This document shows, in pieces, positions 59,621 to 64,000 of a DNA stretch of 64,000 nucleotides. Each line of letters starts with the position of its first letter. The first letter of the stretch is position 1. The position numbers and the translations under genes are program-made. Source of the DNA: an uncultured Gemmatimonadales bacterium. Its GTDB lineage: Bacteria; Gemmatimonadota; Gemmatimonadetes; Gemmatimonadales; GWC2-71-9. The notes under the pieces are model-generated. The model saw only the letters and a program-made list of their open reading frames with translations, was not told the origin of the DNA and did not search any database. Location: contig CAWHFW010000002.1 in assembly GCA_963828735.1 (NCBI GenBank), positions 1-64,000 on the forward strand, given 5' to 3'.

Positions 59621-59977
59621 CTACAACGGCTCCTCGACACGCGGACGGAGCACGAACGTCTTCTTGACCATCGGGAGGTCCACGGTCTCGCGGTATTCCG
59701 TATCGATGGTCACCTGGCGGTTGCCGCGCGTGATCCGGAAGCGGGGCGCGTTCCCGAGGAGCGAATCGGACTGGGCGATCAGCCGGGACTGGATGACGTC
59801 GTCGGTGTTCTGTCCGGCGAAGATTGCCTGCTGCCGCATGTCGTCGAGCAGCTGGTAGTAGCGCCAGTAGACGCCGCCGATGTGAATCCCGTAGTACAGC
59901 GCGGCGAGGAACAGGGCCACGGACAGCAGGCAGCCGAGCGCGCTCGCGCCACGTCGGTCCCAGCGATGGCTCACCAT
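59621..59977 (-). CDS. hypothetical single-TM protein
   Basis: RRG followed by a hydrophobic helix; coupled within the operon. Confidence 0.7.
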   Translation of the reverse strand: MVSHRWDRRGASALGCLLSVALFLAALYYGIHIGGVYWRYYQLLDDMRQQAIFAGQNTDDVIQSRLIAQSDSLLGNAPRFRITRGNRQVTIDTEYRETVDLPMVKKTFVLRPRVEEPL

Positions 59978-60489
59978 TGGGACTGGGCTCCTTCCACGAT
60001 GTTGGTGACCAGCTTGTCGAGGGCCTTGCTCCGGCCCTGCTGCTCCTGTCCGGGATCGTATTCGCCCTCGACCACCAGGCCATTCCGTTCCCAGAGCGGT
60101 TTGTTCTGCCTCTGGTCCAGGATCTCCACCGACACGGTGATCTGCACCAGCCGGCGGGTGACGCTCACCGAACGGTCCTCCGCGCCGGTGTACTGCACCG
60201 GAAGGTCCGGCTCGTACCGCACGATCGTCCCGCGCACCAGCGCATCCGCCTGCGCCTCGGAGGCCTGCCGCAATCCGAGCCGGCCCTCGAGCGCGTCGCG
60301 TACGCTGCGCGCGACTTCCTGCGTGAGGGTCGGCTCGGCGGTCTGATTGTCGAAGGGGAGGAGTGCCACCGTCTTGATGGACGGCGGGAGACCGCCGCCG
60401 GCGAAACCGTAGAGGCAGCCGCTCAGGCCGGCGGTCGCCAGGAGCAGGAGGAGGCTACGGTTTGCGATTGGTCCAGATCTCAGGCGCAA
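59971..60489 (-). CDS. LptE-like lipoprotein
   Basis: Lipobox LSGC-LYGF; IKTVA..PFDNQT, ADALVRGTI..Y. Confidence 0.75.
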   Translation of the reverse strand: MRLRSGPIANRSLLLLLATAGLSGCLYGFAGGGLPPSIKTVALLPFDNQTAEPTLTQEVARSVRDALEGRLGLRQASEAQADALVRGTIVRYEPDLPVQYTGAEDRSVSVTRRLVQITVSVEILDQRQNKPLWERNGLVVEGEYDPGQEQQGRSKALDKLVTNIVEGAQSQW

Positions 60490-61162
60490 AGTCGGCCCGT
60501 GCGGTCGAGAGGAATGTGAGATCGAGCTTGGCCGGGACGCTGGGGACGACGAGCTTCGCGCTGAGGGGCACCCCGGTCGTATCGAGCGTCGTCTCGGCTC
60601 GCCCGACCACCTCGCTGCCGTGACGCACTTCGGTCACGAGCTTGACCTGCTTGCCCAGGGTTCGGACATAGCTCACCGTGTCGCCACCGGTGACGTACTG
60701 CCATGCGGTCACCTCAGCGTCGCTCACCCCGCGGAGCTCTTCGCCCTCGGCCGGCAGTCGTGCGATCCCGAACATCGCCCACAAGAGCGGGTAGTTCGGC
60801 ACCAGCTTCTTCACGGCGTCCGGCGGCTCGGCCCAGAGGGGCTGGTCGCCGATCACAGCGGCCGCCGCCGCACCGGAGCCGAACGGGCCCGCGACGTCGA
60901 AGCGAAGCGAATCGGGCGGTGCGACGCGCGCACTGCCCCGGCCGCCCGCGCTCGAGCGTTCGTCCTGGAAGAGCCACTTGAACTTGTGAAGCCGGTGCTC
61001 CTGCGGAACGGTGGCGCCGACCCACTGCCCCACCTGCTCCCGGCTGACCGGCGCGGCACCGGCAGGCACGACGGCGCCGGGCGCGCCATGACAAGCGGCG
61101 AGCGACAGCGCAAGATAGGCCACGCGAGCACCGCGGTCAACGAGAAAGCGTTGCAGCATCAA
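60455..61162 (-). CDS. hypothetical lipoprotein, beta-rich (possibly LolA/LolB-like)
   Basis: Lipobox LAAC; PDSLRFDV.GPFG. Confidence 0.55.
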   Translation of the reverse strand: MMLQRFLVDRGARVAYLALSLAACHGAPGAVVPAGAAPVSREQVGQWVGATVPQEHRLHKFKWLFQDERSSAGGRGSARVAPPDSLRFDVAGPFGSGAAAAAVIGDQPLWAEPPDAVKKLVPNYPLLWAMFGIARLPAEGEELRGVSDAEVTAWQYVTGGDTVSYVRTLGKQVKLVTEVRHGSEVVGRAETTLDTTGVPLSAKLVVPSVPAKLDLTFLSTARADFAPEIWTNRKP

Positions 61163-64000
61163 TAGTTATAGCCGAAGAAGAAGCTGACGAAGCCGCGGTC
61201 CCTCTGGTCGGCGCTCAAGCTGTATCCGACAAACCGGTTGTCGCTGAACCGTCGTCCCCAGTCGAGACGGAGCACGCTGAACGGCCCCAACGCCAGGCGG
61301 AAGCTAACCCCGTAGCTGCCCAGGAGCCCACGTTGAGGCGTCGAAGGGGACGTCGCCTTGCCGACATCGGTGAACAGCCCGGCCTGAATCTGCGGCAGAT
61401 CCAGGTCGCCGGCGGGCGTGCCGAGGGTAAGGTGGGTCAGGATCGGGAAGCGAACCTCCTGGTTGAACATGAACGCCTCGGACCCGACGATGTAGCCGAA
61501 CTGCGGGTACCCGCGGAGCCCGATCGTCCCGCCGATGTTGATGCGATGCGGGCGGTCCCCGGCGCTGTAGAAGCCGAAGGCGCGGAGCGCCCACGCGCTC
61601 TGTTTCCCGATTCGGAAATAGTGCCGCCAATCGCCGCTCACGAGATAGCTGTCGAACCGGCTGTTGGTGAAGTCGCTGGAGAGTCCGGCGGTAATGGCGA
61701 GACGCCCGCCGTCGATCGGGCCGCTCGCGAGCCAGAGCGAATTGTCCCGCACGTAGCTCATGTAGTGCGACGCGATCCACCCCACGCGCCGCGGCTCGTC
61801 GACGTCGAGGGTGAAGTCCACCCGATCCGAATGCTCGATGACCGTCGTGCCTTCGATGCGGGTGAAGCGGGTGAGCGGGTAGCGCAACAGCCCGACCACG
61901 CCATACGCCGTCTCGTCGTACGCCACCACGGCGTCGCCCTCGAAGTTCCGGCTCCTCGTCCGGAAGGCCCCGAATCCCCAGTTCACGCGTCGGGACTGGT
62001 TGAGGTAGACCGCGGTGGCGCTGATGTTCGCGAAGATGCTGCCGAGATGGCGGCCCTGGAACGAGGCCAGCGAGCCGAAGAGCATATTGTCGCCCAGCAG
62101 GTCGCTCGCCACGAAGAAGAAGCCCTGCGCGCCGCCGTAGCCCGGGATCACGACCGCGTTGCCCGCCGCGAAGTCGAGCGTGAGCTTCTTCCGGTAGGGC
62201 TCCTTGCGCGCGGCCACGCTGGTGGTCGTGTCCTCGGGCACCTCCCACGCCCATTGCCCCGCCGGCTCGGCTCGCACCGGCGCGAAGCGATCACGCCGCG
62301 CCGACGTGTCCACGGGGATCCGATACACGTTCCAGCTCAGGTCATGGAACCCGCCGACCAGCAGGCCGCCATTCGCGAGCGGCACCGGATCGAACGCGCC
62401 GGTCCACGCCGAGGTCTCGCGGCGCCCCTCACCCAGCGTATCGACGGAGAAGATGTTGAGCACGCCGTCCCGGTCCGAGGCGAAATAGATCCGGTCGTCC
62501 GCGGACCAGATGGGGGACTCGTCCACCCAGGTGCCGGATGGTGAGCTGCGAGACCTGCTTCGTTGCCAGATCGAGCATGAACAGATTGGCCGCGCCGCCC
62601 CGCCCCTCGGCGGTGCGATCGGACGCGAACACCAGGCGGCGGCCGTCGGAGCTCGGGCTGGGATCGAGGTCCTGGTACCGGTCGGCGGTGAGGGCCTCGA
62701 GCTCACCGCCCGGCAGATGCACCCGATACAGGTCGGACACGCCGCGCTCGGACAGGCCGCTCAGGACGATGCTCTGCCCGTCGGGCATCCAGTGCGGCGA
62801 GAGCAGGGAGACGAGCTCGGTGAACTGGTACCGGCCGGCCATGTGCCGTCGCTTGAGGTCCCAGACGATCAGCGCGTCGCGGTCGCCGTAGCGCGCCGTG
62901 AAGAGGAGCAGGCCCGGTCGCGACGCATCCATGCGGGACTCGAAGGGATGGAACGACTCGAGCTCGGCCGAGCGACCGCCGGTCACGATCGCGTGAGACC
63001 GGCCGCCACGGTCGATGGCCTTCTGGTAGATGGAGACGTACCCGCTCGAGGGCGACAGGTACGCGATCTGTCCGGGACTGTCGTCGACGGCGGTGTCCGG
63101 CAGGGCCGTGGCCTTGACCCCCAGGCGGGCGATCTCGGTGCCCAGGACGGTGAGCGGCGCCAAGCTATCCACCGACGGGTAGTACTGGCGGCGCATGGCG
63201 AGCTGAAACTCGTCGTTCAGCTGATCGAGTGTCCGGCCGTAGACGGCCTGGATCGCCGCCTCGAAGCTCTCGTGGCGGTTGAGCTCCTTGTACATGACCG
63301 CGACACGCCAGTCGCCGTAGGTGTCCGCGAGCCACCGGTGGATCTGTCCGCCGATGGGGTAGACGATGGCGCTGGTGACGTAGGTGAGCTGCTTGAGGGG
63401 CGGCAGTCGGCCGCTCAGCGTCAGGTCCCGCATGATCATCTCGTCCCGCGCGTCCTGCCCGGCCGACCAGAGCTCGGCCAGTCCCTCGCTCCACCAGAGC
63501 GGGAACGTGAAGCGAACCGATCGGGGCGACAGGTTGTAGGTCTCGACCAGCATGTCGAGCTGGAAGACGTGCACCATCTCGTGGCGCATCGTGTGGCGGA
63601 ACTCGGCGAAGTTGCCCCGGAACGGGAGCGCCACGCGACGCTTGAGAAAGTCGGTGGCGCCGAGCAGCCCTTCGGGCGGCGTGAACGGCAGGATGTTGGT
63701 CTGCTCGAAGTCGGTGTGCGAGGCGTAGACGATCAGCGGAATGCGGGTCGGCACCGCATGCCCGAACTGGACGCTCAGCGTGTCGTAGCTCGCCTCGGCG
63801 TAGGCCAGCGCGGCGGGCGCGAGGTCGGCCTCGGCCGAGTAGTAGTACAGGTCGACGTGCGGGCCCTTCATGACCCGCCAGTCGAGCTTCCGGTACTGGA
63901 TCTTGTTCTGGCCGAAGGCGAAGAACTGGGCCGCGGCCGGCGGCGGAGCAGAGCGCACCGAGGGAGGTGACGAGCGAGACGAGGAGGAGGAGCCGCCCGC
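61159..64000 (-). CDS. metallopeptidase-PD40 propeller-Omp85 barrel fusion, 5'-partial, frameshift near 62535
   Basis: FGQNKIQY, HEMVH and WSEGLAE, P.PS.DGRRLVFASDR, LRGY, C-terminal FFFGYNY. Confidence 0.8.

Overview
The window joins two unrelated genomes at about position 43050, where gatA breaks off mid-gene and a 3'-truncated 5S rRNA begins. Segment A (1-43050) is a high-GC actinobacterium; the 16S looks Thermoleophilia/Gaiellales-like by eye, many genes appear leaderless, and there are many single-base frameshifts typical of unpolished long reads. It carries housekeeping genes (dgt-dnaG, tyrS, recQ, PBP1A, mpg, ilvE, serA, gatAB), tRNA-Asn and a full rrn operon whose 23S is interrupted by a 774-nt group I intron at the E. 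coli U1951-equivalent site, with a broken LAGLIDADG ORF. Two metal-related modules stand out. The first is a SigK/RskA pair divergent from a DUF4331-TPR-Ni/Co transporter operon, with three copies of one ECF-type promoter motif. The second is a His-rich membrane leader ORF ending in an RGPP arrest-like motif; its 3' end can pair with the ribosome-binding site of a downstream cupredoxin operon. Segment B (43051-64000) is a diderm, probably Gemmatimonadota. It has an intron-less rrn operon, three cation:proton antiporters, DUF892, MATE, TM2 and Kelch genes, tRNA-Pro and tRNA-Arg (with an inverted copy of the tRNA-Arg 3' half), and an Omp85-peptidase/LptE/rfaE/rph/rdgB/chrA operon. All family assignments are from motif recognition by eye; no searches were run.
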